From Eledone cirrhosa (Eukaryota): a DNA stretch of 64,000 nucleotides. This document shows positions 26,161-39,148 of this stretch, piece after piece. Below the pieces are notes generated by a model, which ran no database searches, was not told the DNA's origin, and saw nothing but the letters and a program-made list of their open reading frames with translations. The translations under genes were made by a program, and so were the position numbers. The stretch is from assembly GCA_964016885.1 (NCBI GenBank), contig OZ024757.1:16616001-16680000 (forward strand), written 5' to 3'. The stretch's first letter is position 1; every line of letters begins with the position of its first letter.

Positions 26161-29100
26161 TTGAGAGTTGGCTGTTTGAACGCGCGTGGCCTGAGCTCAG
26201 CTTGGAAGCAAGCAAAGCTTCTAAGTGACCTCAGGTCACAAAGTATAGATGTGATGGTTGTTTGCGAGAGTCGGATCAGCAGCGTGAGACAGCTGGCGCC
26301 CGCCTTCGATGACTTTGAGATGCACGCATCTCTCTGTCAACCCGGAGGCGGGGGGGGAGTTGCCGTACTGCTGGATAAACGTCTGACTCTCGACGTACAG
26401 ATTGTTCACTCGGACCCGGGGGGTCGATTACTGGTGCTGGACGTCGGAGGTGGTGAAGGCGGGGCTTTCAGACTGGTCGGTCTTTATGCTCCCTTCGGGG
26501 CGGAGAGAGCCGACTTCTTCCAACGTCTGGAGACTTTTCTAGGAACGTCGCGTTCCCTGCTTTTAGTGGGGGACTGGAATGGAATCCTAGATGCGCGTTG
26601 GGACTATGCAGGGGCATGTCCCGATAGAGGGGGGTGTAGCAGCCTCAAGGGGTTACTCGATCGATTCGACCTGGTCGATAGATTTCGACTAGATTGTCCA
26701 ACTGCGCCAACCTGGACCTGGGCAAACCGCAGTGGACAATCTAGATCGTACCTAGATAGGTTTTTGGTTAGGAGTAAGGATAGGGACGTATTTAGTTGTC
26801 CAGAACTGATCATGGTTGGCTATTCAGATCACAAATTAGTGACCTGCGTGGTCAACCTTGATAGAACGCATAGACAGGGTCCCGGTTACTGGAAGATGAA
26901 CTTGTCCTTACCGACAAAGAAAGATTACAGAAACCGGATTAGTAGCTTAGTTAAGATGCGGTTGACGGGAGCGATCGTCAACAGTAGGTGGTGGATATCT
27001 CTAAAGAGAGAGATTAGAGTAAGTTCGATAGGTTACAGTAAGGAACTAGCGGCGAATAGAAATAGGAGAGAAAGGGAGTTAACAGATAAACTAGAAGAGG
27101 CGATTAGGAGCGGAGACGTAGCCAGAGTGTTAGCGACGAGAACGGCATTGAGCCAGTTCTTTGACGCGAAGCACGAAGGCTGCGTTGTCCGAAGTAAAAT
27201 ACGTGCTTTAGGAAACGAGGGGACCAAAGCTGTTAGCTGGGCCCGCGTGACAGAAGCCAAGAGTGGGATTAAATCCACCATTCGGTCTTTGCGAGACCAG
27301 GATGGACGGGTGATCCTTGAACCTGAGCGAATGTGCGAGACCTTTCAAAGGCACTTTGCTCGACTGTTCGGAGGTGGCGGGGGGCCGGACGGGGATGTGG
27401 ACTTCGGTCCATACCTCGACGGTCTACCGCGTCTTTCGAGCGGCGAAGCGGAGTGCTGCGAAGGGCCAATCACAGCCACTGAAATCGGGGAAGCGCTCAG
27501 CCAATGCAGCAGACGCAAATCCCCGGGTCTCGATGGTCTACCATACGAACTTTATTTAGCTATGCCGGTCTTGTTCTCCGAACTCCTCGAGGCTGTCTAT
27601 TGCAACTGGCAACAGAACGGGAGAATTCCCTATTCTGTGACCAAGGGCGTGGTCACGCTAGTGAGGAAGGACGAGAGCAAGGGGGACGACTTAAGTAACT
27701 TTAGGCCCATAACTCTGCTGAATGCAGAGTTACAGATTTTGGCCAAGGTGTTGGCGAAGAGGTTGGCGCTTGTGGTGGGTGGTTTGGTGGGAGACGCGCA
27801 GACATGCGCTATCCCGTCCAGGTCCATTCACGACAACCTCCACCTCATGCGATACATCATAGAGAGGGTTGGCTACGAACCCGGCTTTGGTGGGGCCCTG
27901 ATCAACTTGGATCAATCTAAGGCGTTCGATAGGGTCGACCATGGTTACCTGGATGCGGTGCTAGCGGCGGCGGGCTTCGGACCCGTTTTCAGGGGCTGGA
28001 TTTCTGCCATGCACAGTGGCAACATCTACTCTAGGATTAAAGTAAACGGCTACCTCTCGGAGCCGTTTCAAATCACCCGATCCATCAGACAGGGGTGCTC
28101 CCTCTCCTCCCTTCTGTACGTATTGACTCTCGAGCCACTGCTGCGGAAGTTGGAGTTGCTGCGGGGCATACCCCTGGAACCGGGATTGCACAAAGCGGTC
28201 TCGGCCTATGCCGACGACGTAACAGTAATGGTGGCGGACGCCTCGGAAATCGGGGCGATCGCCACCCTACTGGAGGAATACGAAAGGCTGACGGGGGCTA
28301 AGCTGAACCAGGACAAGTCAGTCGGTTTGCAACTCGGAACGTGGAGGGGCAAACCGATGCCGTTAGACGGTGTCGTCGGGCGGTGGACGGAGGGCCCGGT
28401 GAAGCTGCTCGGGGTCTGGTTCGGACCGGACCTCCAGGTGGAGAAGAATTGGGGCGAGGTGACGAGCAGGGTGTTTGCGCTGACCCAGAAGTGGGCCAAG
28501 TGCAAACTATCACTGAAAGGTCGGGCGGAGGTGACGAACGCTTACATAGCGTCCGTCATCTACTACCGCCTGACCGTCGTGCCTTGCCCCAAGGAAAAGC
28601 TCACCATCATGGAACGCATGCTCTTCCAGTTCCTCTGGAAGAAGCGGCCTCCCATGGTGAGGAGATCCATCTGCTGCCAGCACCCTTCGAAAGGAGGGCT
28701 GGGTATGCCGTGGCTGTTGATGCGTAGGCACGCATTGAGGCTACGGCATCTACAGGTATTCCTCAACGGTCAGCCGGTGTGGGCCCCGTTTGTGAGGCGA
28801 GCCTTCCCACAGCTCGTCTCGCTCACCGAACTGCAATCCTGGGTGAAGCAAAGACCGAGAAAACTGGGCAACTGGCACACTGAGTGTGCCCAGGCGCTCA
28901 CGGCTATCTGGCAAGCGGACCCGACTGTCAGTGGAGAATCCACCTCGACATTCTATAGAGGGTTGGTGGTTAGCAGGGGCGACGACACCCTTGGAGAGTC
29001 GCTAGGCATGGAGGAGGACGAACTGGCCAGCCTGTTCGGTAGAACTTTCGGCCCGGGACCCATGGACAACTTCCAGAGGTCCCTAGCCTGGCAGTGTTAC

Positions 29101-29589
29101 CGGGGGGCTCTGCCCGTTCGAGAAAAGCTCTACAGACACGGGCGCCCGGGCAGGGATCCCGCGAAAAAGATCTGTCCCAGATGCGTGCGCGACGAGGAAA
29201 CCGTTGCGCATGCACTGGTACACTGCCCGGGCGTTGCCGATCTGTGGGGCTACGTCGAACGACTGCTGTCGCGTGTGGCGCCGATTCGATTAACCGCCGA
29301 GTCTGTGGTGAACATCAAGCCGCCTCCTCCCTTCAGAAATGAAGCAGAGGCGGTCTTTCTGTGCGTAATAGCCATGATGAAAGAGGTTGTGTGGTGGACG
29401 CGCCTGAAAGGTCTGAGGTCGGGTGACTTTCTCTCCGGCCATCACCTGGTTTACTTCTTCCGATACCACTTCGGAAGAAGAATCAGGATGGAGAGAGAAG
29501 TGCTTGGTCCCAGACAGTTTTATGAAAGGTGGGTGAAAGAAGCGAGAATGGCCCGTGTAAATGGGCCTTCTCTCTACATTGTTCTGTAG
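26161..29589 (+). CDS. LINE ORF2: APE endonuclease, reverse transcriptase, C-terminal zinc finger
   Basis: CLNARG, GDWN, SYLDRF, SDHK (APE); KSPGLDG, FRPITL, DQSKAFDRV, RQGCSLS, YADD (RT); CPRC...HALVHC; 1142 aa uninterrupted. Confidence 0.97.
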   Translation: MRVGCLNARGLSSAWKQAKLLSDLRSQSIDVMVVCESRISSVRQLAPAFDDFEMHASLCQPGGGGGVAVLLDKRLTLDVQIVHSDPGGRLLVLDVGGGEGGAFRLVGLYAPFGAERADFFQRLETFLGTSRSLLLVGDWNGILDARWDYAGACPDRGGCSSLKGLLDRFDLVDRFRLDCPTAPTWTWANRSGQSRSYLDRFLVRSKDRDVFSCPELIMVGYSDHKLVTCVVNLDRTHRQGPGYWKMNLSLPTKKDYRNRISSLVKMRLTGAIVNSRWWISLKREIRVSSIGYSKELAANRNRRERELTDKLEEAIRSGDVARVLATRTALSQFFDAKHEGCVVRSKIRALGNEGTKAVSWARVTEAKSGIKSTIRSLRDQDGRVILEPERMCETFQRHFARLFGGGGGPDGDVDFGPYLDGLPRLSSGEAECCEGPITATEIGEALSQCSRRKSPGLDGLPYELYLAMPVLFSELLEAVYCNWQQNGRIPYSVTKGVVTLVRKDESKGDDLSNFRPITLLNAELQILAKVLAKRLALVVGGLVGDAQTCAIPSRSIHDNLHLMRYIIERVGYEPGFGGALINLDQSKAFDRVDHGYLDAVLAAAGFGPVFRGWISAMHSGNIYSRIKVNGYLSEPFQITRSIRQGCSLSSLLYVLTLEPLLRKLELLRGIPLEPGLHKAVSAYADDVTVMVADASEIGAIATLLEEYERLTGAKLNQDKSVGLQLGTWRGKPMPLDGVVGRWTEGPVKLLGVWFGPDLQVEKNWGEVTSRVFALTQKWAKCKLSLKGRAEVTNAYIASVIYYRLTVVPCPKEKLTIMERMLFQFLWKKRPPMVRRSICCQHPSKGGLGMPWLLMRRHALRLRHLQVFLNGQPVWAPFVRRAFPQLVSLTELQSWVKQRPRKLGNWHTECAQALTAIWQADPTVSGESTSTFYRGLVVSRGDDTLGESLGMEEDELASLFGRTFGPGPMDNFQRSLAWQCYRGALPVREKLYRHGRPGRDPAKKICPRCVRDEETVAHALVHCPGVADLWGYVERLLSRVAPIRLTAESVVNIKPPPPFRNEAEAVFLCVIAMMKEVVWWTRLKGLRSGDFLSGHHLVYFFRYHFGRRIRMEREVLGPRQFYERWVKEARMARVNGPSLYIVL

Positions 29590-29851
29590 GTGAAGAAGTG
29601 AAGAGGAAAGGGGGAGCGCCTCCTCTCTGGGCTTCCCCCGCGAAAAGAGTTGCACACTTTTCGGGGGTATGTGCAATCCCCAACACGCCCCCTCCCTTTT
29701 GAGGACTTTTTATTGTTATATTATTATTGTTATTCCTTTTTTCTTTACTCGATTATGTAAACTCCCCCACTGTGTAAATGTCCCCTTCTTTTGTGCCCTC
29801 GTGGCAAATAAATAGAAATTTATCTATCTATCTATCTATTCTATCTATCTA

Positions 29852-29932
29852 TCGAGATTTTTATGTAAAAACCCCGCTGACCCGTCTTGTAATGTCCCAA
29901 TGTTGTGCGTCCCTGTGGCAAATAAAGAAAGA

Positions 29933-29967
<35 letters not shown>

Positions 29968-30260
29968 GTAACCATATATCTCATGTCCGTTTATCTGTCT
30001 ATCTATTTAACTATCTATATAAGCCTGTAGGTTCAGGAAAAAGAGGAAGAGATGAAGGGAGTACTCACTCTTGGTGCTCCTGGAGATGAGGGTTGTACAT
30101 TTTTTCGGGGTGTGTACAACCCCTGTGTAATGCCTCCCCCCATTGGGGATTTCAATTGTTATTTGTTATTTTATTAATAGTTTTATTTTCATATACCTGT
30201 ATGTAAACTCCCCATTTGTATTCGTCCCCTTCTTTTGTGCCCTTGTGGCTAATAAAGAAA
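29852..30260 (+). mobile_element. Two Tx1 3'-UTR fragments (29852-29931, 30021-30260) separated by (TATC)n
   Basis: Homology to 29580-29820; end in GTGGC(A/T)AATAAAGAAA followed by TATC. Confidence 0.85.
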
Positions 30261-30290
30261 TTTATCTATTTAACTATCCGTTTTATATAT

Positions 30291-30368
30291 ACAGGGTATC
30301 CCCCAAAAATGTATACACATATTTATTAAAATGTTGTTCAAGTGTGTGTACATTTTGGGGGGACACCC

Positions 30369-30372
<4 letters not shown>
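30291..30372. mobile_element. Tiny Tc1/mariner-type MITE
   Basis: TA-CAGGGTATCCCCCAAAAATGTATACACA ... TGTGTACATTTTGGGGGGACACCCTCTG-TA. Confidence 0.65.
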
Positions 30373-30425
<53 letters not shown>

Positions 30426-30427
30426 AT

Positions 30428-30913
<486 letters not shown>

Positions 30914-30965
30914 ATATTTATCTATCCAACTATCCTATATACAGATTTATCTATCTATCTATCTG

Positions 30966-31761
30966 TCGATCAGAATGGAGAGAGAGGTGCTGCACCCCAG
31001 CCGTTTTTATGAAAGATGGGTGAAAGTGGCGAGAATGGCCCGTGTGAATGAGCCTTCACTCTACATGAGACTATAGGTGAGGAAGATGAAAGACCAAGGG
31101 AGCACCCCTTCTCTGTGCTCCTGAGGAGAAGGGTTGCACACTTTTTTTCGGGGTTGTGTGCGACCCCACAAGGCGCCTCCTCTCTATTGAGGACTTTGTT
31201 ATAAATTTTATTTTTTGTTATATTTTATTTTATTTTATATATTGTTATTGCCTCCTCCTTATTGAGGACGCCTTGTTTTGTAAACTCCCCCCATTGTACT
31301 TGTCCCACTTTTGATGCCCTGGTGGCAAATAAAAGAAACATATCTATCTATCTATCTATCTATCTATCTAACAACTGATTCTTTTTTTCAAATACCACTT
31401 TGGAAGAAGAAACAGGATGGAGAGAGAGGTGCTGTACCCCAGCAAGTTTTATGAAAGCCTGTAGGTTGAGGAAAAGGAGGAGGAGAGTACAAACTCTTCG
31501 TACTCCTGGAGATGAGGGTTTCACATTTTTTCGGGGGTATGTGTTACCCATATGTAATGTCTCCCCCTATTGGGGAAAATCGACTAATTTTTTTAATTGC
31601 ATTTGTGATAACATTTTACACGTTTTTATTGTATGTAAACTTCCCCCTTTGTATTTGTCCCCTTCTTTTGGGCCCCTGTGGCTAATAAAGAAACATATCT
31701 ATCTATCTATCTGTCTATCTATCTATCTATCTATCTGTCTATCTATCTATCTATCTATCTG

Positions 31762-31792
<31 letters not shown>

Positions 31793-32095
31793 GTCTATCT
31801 ATCTATCAGTTTTATGAAAGGTGGGTGATAGTGGCGAGAATGGCTCGTGTAAATGGCCCTTCTCTGTATACCATCCTGTAGGTAAAGAAGTGAAGGAGAG
31901 GGGAGCACCTTCTCCATGTGCTCCCTGGGCAAAGGATTGCACACTTTTTCGGGGGTGTGCAACCCCCATCACGTCCCCTCCCTTTTGAGGTTGTTTTCGA
32001 TTATTTTCATTTTATACCCTTTTTACTCGATTGTATGTAAACTCCCCCTTTGTATGTGTCCCTTCTTTTTATGCCTTTATGGTAAATAAAGAAAT
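30966..32095 (+). mobile_element. Three head-to-tail Tx1 3' fragments (30966-31340, 31371-31695, 31808-32095) separated by (TATC)n
   Basis: Each carries part of the ORF2 end ([25 protein letters not shown]; internally deleted in the middle copy) plus 3' UTR. Confidence 0.9.
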
Positions 32096-32500
32096 ATATC
32101 TATCTGTCTATCTATCTCTCCAATATATTTATCTATCTATGTGTCTATCAATCCGTCCAATATATCTATCTAACCTATAGAGCTATATGTCTATATATCT
32201 ATCCTGGCTTCTATAAGCCTGTCTCTCCTATATATCTCTATATTTATCTATATCCTCTATCTATAAGCCTCACTCTCTCTTTCTATCTCTCTATCTATCT
32301 ACCTGTTTACTGATACTATATATATCTCACTATTACTATCTATGTATCTAAATATATATATATATATATATATATATTTCTATCGGTCTGCTTGTTCATC
32401 TGTCTATCCATTTATCATATGTAGCTCTATAATATTCACTGGATGGCAGGCAATTTATTTAGCAATTTAATTATCCATCCATCTATCTGTATATCCATTT

Positions 32501-32597
<97 letters not shown>

Positions 32598-32848
32598 ATT
32601 GATATATATTCTATGTTTATTTAATATATATTTGTCTGCCTGTCACTCTAACTGTTTATCCACATATCTATCCATATTTATATCAATCTTAATAAATATC
32701 TCCGTATGTATATATAGGTGTGTATATTTATATATATGTATATATATATATATGTATATATATATATGTATATATATATATATGTATATATATATATGTA
32801 TATATATATATGTATATATATATATATGTATATATATATATGTATATA

Positions 32849-32900
<52 letters not shown>

Positions 32901-32942
32901 AATCATATTCTAAAGCCTTATTCATGCGGAATTTTTTGCAGC

Positions 32943-33027
<85 letters not shown>

Positions 33028-33357
33028 AAATTAACAAACAGTGAACGGAAGCAAGACAAAATGAAAAACAATGTTTTAAGGGGAAACCTTGCATGCATTA
33101 ATTTCAACTCTTCTTGATAATAACTGCATTCTTGATTTTTTTTTCTTTCCAGGGACTACATTGAAAAATATACCTCATTTGGTCATTCCATGAGAGTATC
33201 TGAATCACTCTATCAAGTTTTCAACTGACCCTTATTTATATCTATGGAAGATCTGAGGCGAAACAAGGTAAATCTTATTATTTCTACCTATACCTATGTT
33301 GTGCGAGAATCGGCTGGACCATTACATGTAAATAGTAGCGGCCTGAGTAAGTAGACA

Positions 33358-36300
33358 AGTTGGTACTAGTTCCACAGTTCCTGTGTTGATAGTCGTAGTT
33401 GGTACTAGTTTCACAGTTCGTGTGTTGATAGTCGTAGTTGGTACTAGTTCCACAGTTCGTGTGTTGATACTCAAAGTTGGTACTAGTTCCACAGTTCCTG
33501 TGTTGATAGTCGAAGTTGGTACTAGTTCCACAGTTCGTGTGTTGATAGTCGAAGTTGGTACTAGTTCCACAGTTCGTGTGTTGATAGTCGTAGTTGGTAC
33601 TAGTTCCACAGTTCGTGTGTTGATAGTCAAAGTTGGTACTAGTTCCACAGTTCGTGTGTTGATAGTCGAAGTTGGTACTAGTTCCACAGTTCGTGTGTTG
33701 ATACTCAAAGTTGGTACTAGTTCCACAGTTCGTGTGTTGATAGTCGAAGTTGGTACTAGTTCCACAGTTCCTGTGTTGATAGTCGAAGTTGGTACTAGTT
33801 CCACAGTTCGTGTGTTGATAGTCGAAGTTGGTACTAGTTCCACAGTTCGTGTGTTGATACTCAAAGTTGGTACTAGTTCCACAGTTCGTGTGTTGATACT
33901 CAAAGTTGGTACTAGTTCCACAGTTCGTGTGTTGATACTCAAAGTTGGTACTAGTTCCACAGTTCCTGTGTTGATAGTCGAAGTTGGTACTAGTTCCACA
34001 GTTCCTGTGTTGATAGTCGTAGTTGGTACTAGTTCCACAGTTCGTGTGTTGATAGTCGAAGTTGGTACTAGTTCCACAGTTCGTGTGTTGATAGTCGTAG
34101 TTGGTACTAGTTCCACAGTTCCTGTGTTGATAGTCGTAGTTGGTACTAGTTCCACAGTTCGTGTGTTGATACTCAAAGTTGGTACTAGTTCCACAGTTCC
34201 TGTGTTGATAGTCGAAGTTGGTACTAGTTCCACAGTTCGTGTGTTGATAGTCAAAGTTGGTACTAGTTCCACAGTTCGTGTGTTGATACTCAAAGTTGGT
34301 ACTAGTTCCACAGTTCGTGTGTTGATAGTCGAAGTTGGTACTAGTTCCACAGTTCCTGTGTTGATAGTCGAAGTTGGTACTAGTTCCACAGTTCGTGTGT
34401 TGATACTCAAAGTTGGTACTAGTTCCACAGTTCGTGTGTTGATAGTCGAAGTTGGTACTAGTTCCACAGTTCCTGTGTTGATACTCAAAGTTGGTACAAG
34501 TTCCACAGTTCGGGTGTTGATAGTCGAAGTTGGTACTAGTTCCACAGTTCCTGTGTTAATAGTCGAAGTTGGTACTAGTTCCACAGTTCCTGTGTTGATA
34601 GTCGTAGTTGGTACTAGTTCCACAGTTCGTGTGTTGATAGTCGAAGTTGGTACTAGTTCCACAGTTCCTGTGTTGATAGTCGTAGTTGGTACTAGTTCCA
34701 CAGTTCGTGTGTTGATAGTCGAAGTTGGTACTAGTTCCACAGTTCGTGTGTTGATAGTCGAAGTTGGTACTAGTTCCACAGTTCGTGTGTTGATAGTCGA
34801 AGTTGGTACTAGTTCCACAGTTCCTGTGTTGATAGTCGTAGTTGGTACTAGTTCCACAGTTCGTGTGTTGATAGTCGTAGTTGGTACTAGTTCCACAGTT
34901 CGTGTGTTGATAGTCGAAGTTGGTACTAGTTCCACAGTTCCTGTGTTGATAGTCGAAGTTGGTACTAGTTCCACAGTTCGTGTGTTGATAGTCGAAGTTG
35001 GTACTAGTTCCACAGTTCCTGTGTTGATAGTCGAAGTTGGTACTAGTTCCACAGTTCCTGTGTTGATAGTCGTAGTTGGTACTAGTTCCACAGTTCGTGT
35101 GTTGATAGTCGTAGTTGGTACTAGTTCCACAGTTCGTATGTTGATAGTCGAAGTTGGTACTAGTTCCACAGTTCGTGTGTTGATAGTCGAAGTTGGTTCT
35201 AGTTCCACAGTTCGTGTGTTGATAGTCGAAGTTGGTACTAGTTCCACAGTTCCTGTGTTGATAGTCGTAGTTGGTACTAGTTCCACAGTTCGTGTGTTGA
35301 TAGTCGTAGTTGGTACTAGTTCCACAGTTCGTGTGTTGATAGTCGAAGTTGGTACTAGTTCCACAGTTCCTGTGTTGATAGTCGAAGTTGGTACTAGTTC
35401 CACAGTTCGTGTGTTGATAGTCGAAGTTGGTACTAGTTCCACAGTTCCTGTGTTGATAGTCGAAGTTGGTACTAGTTCCACAGTTCCTGTGTTGATAGTC
35501 GTAGTTGGTACTAGTTCCACAGTTCGTGTGTTGATAGTCGTAGTTGGTACTAGTTCCACAGTTCGTGTGTTGATAGTCGAAGTTGGTACTAGTTCCACAG
35601 TTCGTGTGTTGATAGTCGAAGTTGGTACTAGTTCCACAGTTCGTGTGTTGATAGTCGTAGTTGGTACTAGTTCCACAGTTCGTGTGTTGATAGTCGAAGT
35701 TGGTACTAGTTCCACAGTTCGTGTGTTGATAGTCGAAGTTGGTACTAGTTCCACAGTTCGTGTGTTGATAGTCGTAGTTGGTTCTAGTTCCACAGTTCGT
35801 ATGTTGATAGTCAAAGTTGGTACTAGTTCCACAGTTCGTGTGTTGATAGTCGAAGTTGGTACTAGTTCCACAGTTCGTGTGTTGATACTCAAAGTTGGTA
35901 CTAGTTCCACAGTTCGTGTGTTGATAGTCGAAGTTGGTACTAGTTCCACAGTTCGTGTGTTGATAGTCGTAGTTGGTACTAGTTCCACAGTTCGTGTGTT
36001 GATAGTCGTAGTTGGTACTAGTTCCACAGTTCGTGTGTTGATAGTCGAAGTTGGTACTAGTTCCACAGTTCGTGTGTTGATAGTCGAAGTTGGTACTAGT
36101 TCCACAGTTCGTGTGTTGATACTCAAAGTTGGTACTAGTTCCACAGTTCGTGTGTTGATAGTCGAAGTTGGTACTAGTTCCACAGTTCGTGTGTTGATAC
36201 TCAAAGTTGGTACTAGTTCCACAGTTCGTGTGTTGATAGTCGAAGTTGGTACTAGTTCCACAGTTCCTGTGTTGATAGTCGTAGTTGGTACTAGTTCCAC

Positions 36301-37183
36301 AGTTCGTGTGTTGATAGTCGTAGTTGGTACTAGTTCCACAGTTCGTGTGTTGATAGTCGAAGTTGGTACTAGTTCCACAGTTCCTGTGTTGATAGTCGAA
36401 GTTGGTACTAGTTCCACAGTTCGTGTGTTGATAGTCGAAGTTGGTACTAGTTCCACAGTTCCTGTGTTGATAGTCGAAGTTGGTACTAGTTCCACAGTTC
36501 CTGTGTTGATAGTCGTAGTTGGTACTAGTTCCACAGTTCGTGTGTTGATAGTCGTAGTTGGTACTAGTTCCACAGTTCGTGTGTTGATAGTCGAAGTTGG
36601 TACTAGTTCCACAGTTCGTGTGTTGATAGTCGTAGTTGGTACTAGTTCCACAGTTCGTGTGTTGATAGTCGTAGTTGGTACTAGTTCCACAGTTCGTGTG
36701 TTGATAGTCGAAGTTGGTACTAGTTCCACAGTTCGTGTGTTGATAGTCGAAGTTGGTACTAGTTCCACAGTTCGTGTGTTGATAGTCGTAGTTGGTACTA
36801 GTTCCACAGTTCGTATGTTGATAGTCAAAGTTGGTACTAGTTCCACAGTTCGTGTGTTGATAGTCGAAGTTGGTACTAGTTCCACAGTTCGTGTGTTGAT
36901 AGTCGAAGTTGGTACTAGTTCCACAGTTCGTATGTTGATAGTCAAAGTTGGTACTAGTTCCACAGTTCGTGTGTTGATAGTCGAAGTTGGTACTAGTTCC
37001 ACAGTTCGTGTGTTGATAGTCGAAGTTGGTATTAGTTCCACAGTTCGTGTGTTGATACTCAAAGTTGGTACTAGTTCCACAGTTCGTGTGTTGATAGTCG
37101 AAGTTGGTACTAGTTCCACAGTTCGTGTGTTGATAGTCGTAGTTGGTACTAGTTCCACAGTTCGTGTGTTGATAGTCAAAGCT
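33358..37183. repeat. 39-bp minisatellite, ~98 copies
   Basis: Unit AGTTGGTACTAGTTCCACAGTTC(G/C)TGTGTTGATA(GTCGA/GTCGT/CTCAA/GTCAA). Confidence 0.98.
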
Positions 37184-37295
37184 GGAGTTCAAGTTCACAG
37201 TTCGAGTTAGTGTGTTGGATTGTTGGTTCTTAAAAGATTGCTGATCCGTTACATGTGGTTATTGCCGTTTGTTTCGATTATAATGTTATTACCAT

Positions 37296-37480
37296 GTGGA
37301 TTGGCAGCATCGGTAGAGAGTCGGATGCCATGCTTTCCAGCATAGTTACGTCCCTTTACGGTCTGAGTTCAAATCCCGCCGAGGTTCACTTTGCCTTTCA
37401 TCCTTATGGGGTCGATAAAATAAAGTACCAGTAATGTACTGGGTAATTGCTGGCCTTGAGCCAAAAGTAGAAACAATTAT
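37296..37480 (+). mobile_element. SINE family 1 copy with TSD
   Basis: ATTATAATGTTATTAC duplicated on both sides. Confidence 0.9.
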
Positions 37481-37909
37481 AATGTTATTACACTGTTGCG
37501 GTGTATTCCTTTATCCATAAGGACATAACAATCTACAAAACCCTCGGGCGCCATTTTCTACCTTCTTTTTCAGTTGATGGACTTTGGATAGTTTTTCATC
37601 TTCATATATGTAATTCGGCGAAAGGCATTATACATCCTGTCGTTGTCTCTATCTGTTTCGTTGCGCCCTAATATCAACTGGAATGAACAGTCTCAATATA
37701 AATTGGCCGAAACGCTGGTGATTTCCGGTGGTTGATTGAGGAGGCAGGACTGTCCATTTTTCCGATGTTTTTTCCTGTGCTCCCTCCGTATCATATATAT
37801 ATGTGTGTGTGTGTTTGTGAGTGTGCGCGAGCCCGTGTGTGTGTGTGTATGTGTGTGTGTGTTTGTGTGTACATATATACATATATATCCATATATGTGT
37901 GTATGTATA

Positions 37910-37946
<37 letters not shown>

Positions 37947-37948
<2 letters not shown>

Positions 37949-38102
37949 CGAAGGAAATGTGGTAAGGAACCAGGTGGACCATAACGCACCAAAGTACTCA
38001 ATACTTAGGTAGTAGAGTGGGTAATAGGAACCAGTAAGACCCCGACAGCTGAGCTCAAGCCGTTTCGACGGCTTGAGCTCAGCTGTCGGGGTCTTACTGG
38101 TT

Positions 38103-38104
<2 letters not shown>
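37947..38104 (-). mobile_element. Family A fold-back mini-element (short centre)
   Basis: Arms meet at CCGTTTCGACGG; TA-flanked. Confidence 0.85.
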
Positions 38105-38146
<42 letters not shown>

Positions 38147-38170
38147 TATGTGTGTATGTATATACATATG

Positions 38171-38297
<127 letters not shown>

Positions 38298-38362
38298 TCA
38301 CACATGTATGTATGTATGTATGTATATAATTGTATGTGGTAAGCTGCAACGTGTATATGTGC

Positions 38363-38443
<81 letters not shown>

Positions 38444-38447
<4 letters not shown>

Positions 38448-38468
38448 CGCGCTGTATGTCTAATCGCG

Positions 38469-38503
<35 letters not shown>

Positions 38504-38526
38504 CGCGCTGTATGTCTAATCGCGCT

Positions 38527-38575
<49 letters not shown>

Positions 38576-38650
38576 TGTGTGTAATCGCGCTGTATGTCTA
38601 ATCGCGCTGTGTGTGTGTGTGTGTAATCGCGCTGTATGTCTAATCGCGCT

Positions 38651-38691
<41 letters not shown>

Positions 38692-38712
38692 CGTGCTGTA
38701 TGTCTAATCGCG

Positions 38713-38747
<35 letters not shown>

Positions 38748-38770
38748 CGCGCTGTATGTCTAATCGCGCT

Positions 38771-38823
<53 letters not shown>

Positions 38824-38846
38824 CGCGCTGTATGTCTAATCGCGCT

Positions 38847-38907
<61 letters not shown>

Positions 38908-38925
38908 TAATCGCGCTGTATGTTT
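38444..38925. repeat. Compound repeat: TAATCGCGCTGTATGTCTAATCGCGCT alternating with variable (GT)n, ~8 units
   Basis: Direct reading. Confidence 0.9.
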
Positions 38926-39068
38926 GTAGATTTAAGTAGATATAATGGGATGAAGATTTTAAAAGAGTATTTATCTTGTCTTGCCTGAGATCTAATGTCA
39001 ACAGCACTTCAGTCGTCACTGAATTGAGTGTGTGACGTACATCACGATATATATCGTACACTCACAGC

Positions 39069-39148
<80 letters not shown>

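Larger units (their letters stand above)
24116..29820 (+). mobile_element. Near full-length Tx1/L1-clade non-LTR retrotransposon in (TATC)n
   Basis: 5' UTR, gag-like ORF1, APE-RT-Zn ORF2 and 3' UTR ending AAATAAATAGAAA; (TATC)n on both flanks. Confidence 0.95.

Noticed and set aside
24255-29686. Antisense and alternate-frame ORFs inside the Tx1 element
   Set aside because: Shadows of GC-rich or C/A-skewed coding sequence with no motifs
33153-33267. Exon-like segment with strong acceptor and AAG|GTAAAT donor
   Set aside because: Stops in all three frames and overlap with a dispersed repeat; a non-coding exon cannot be excluded
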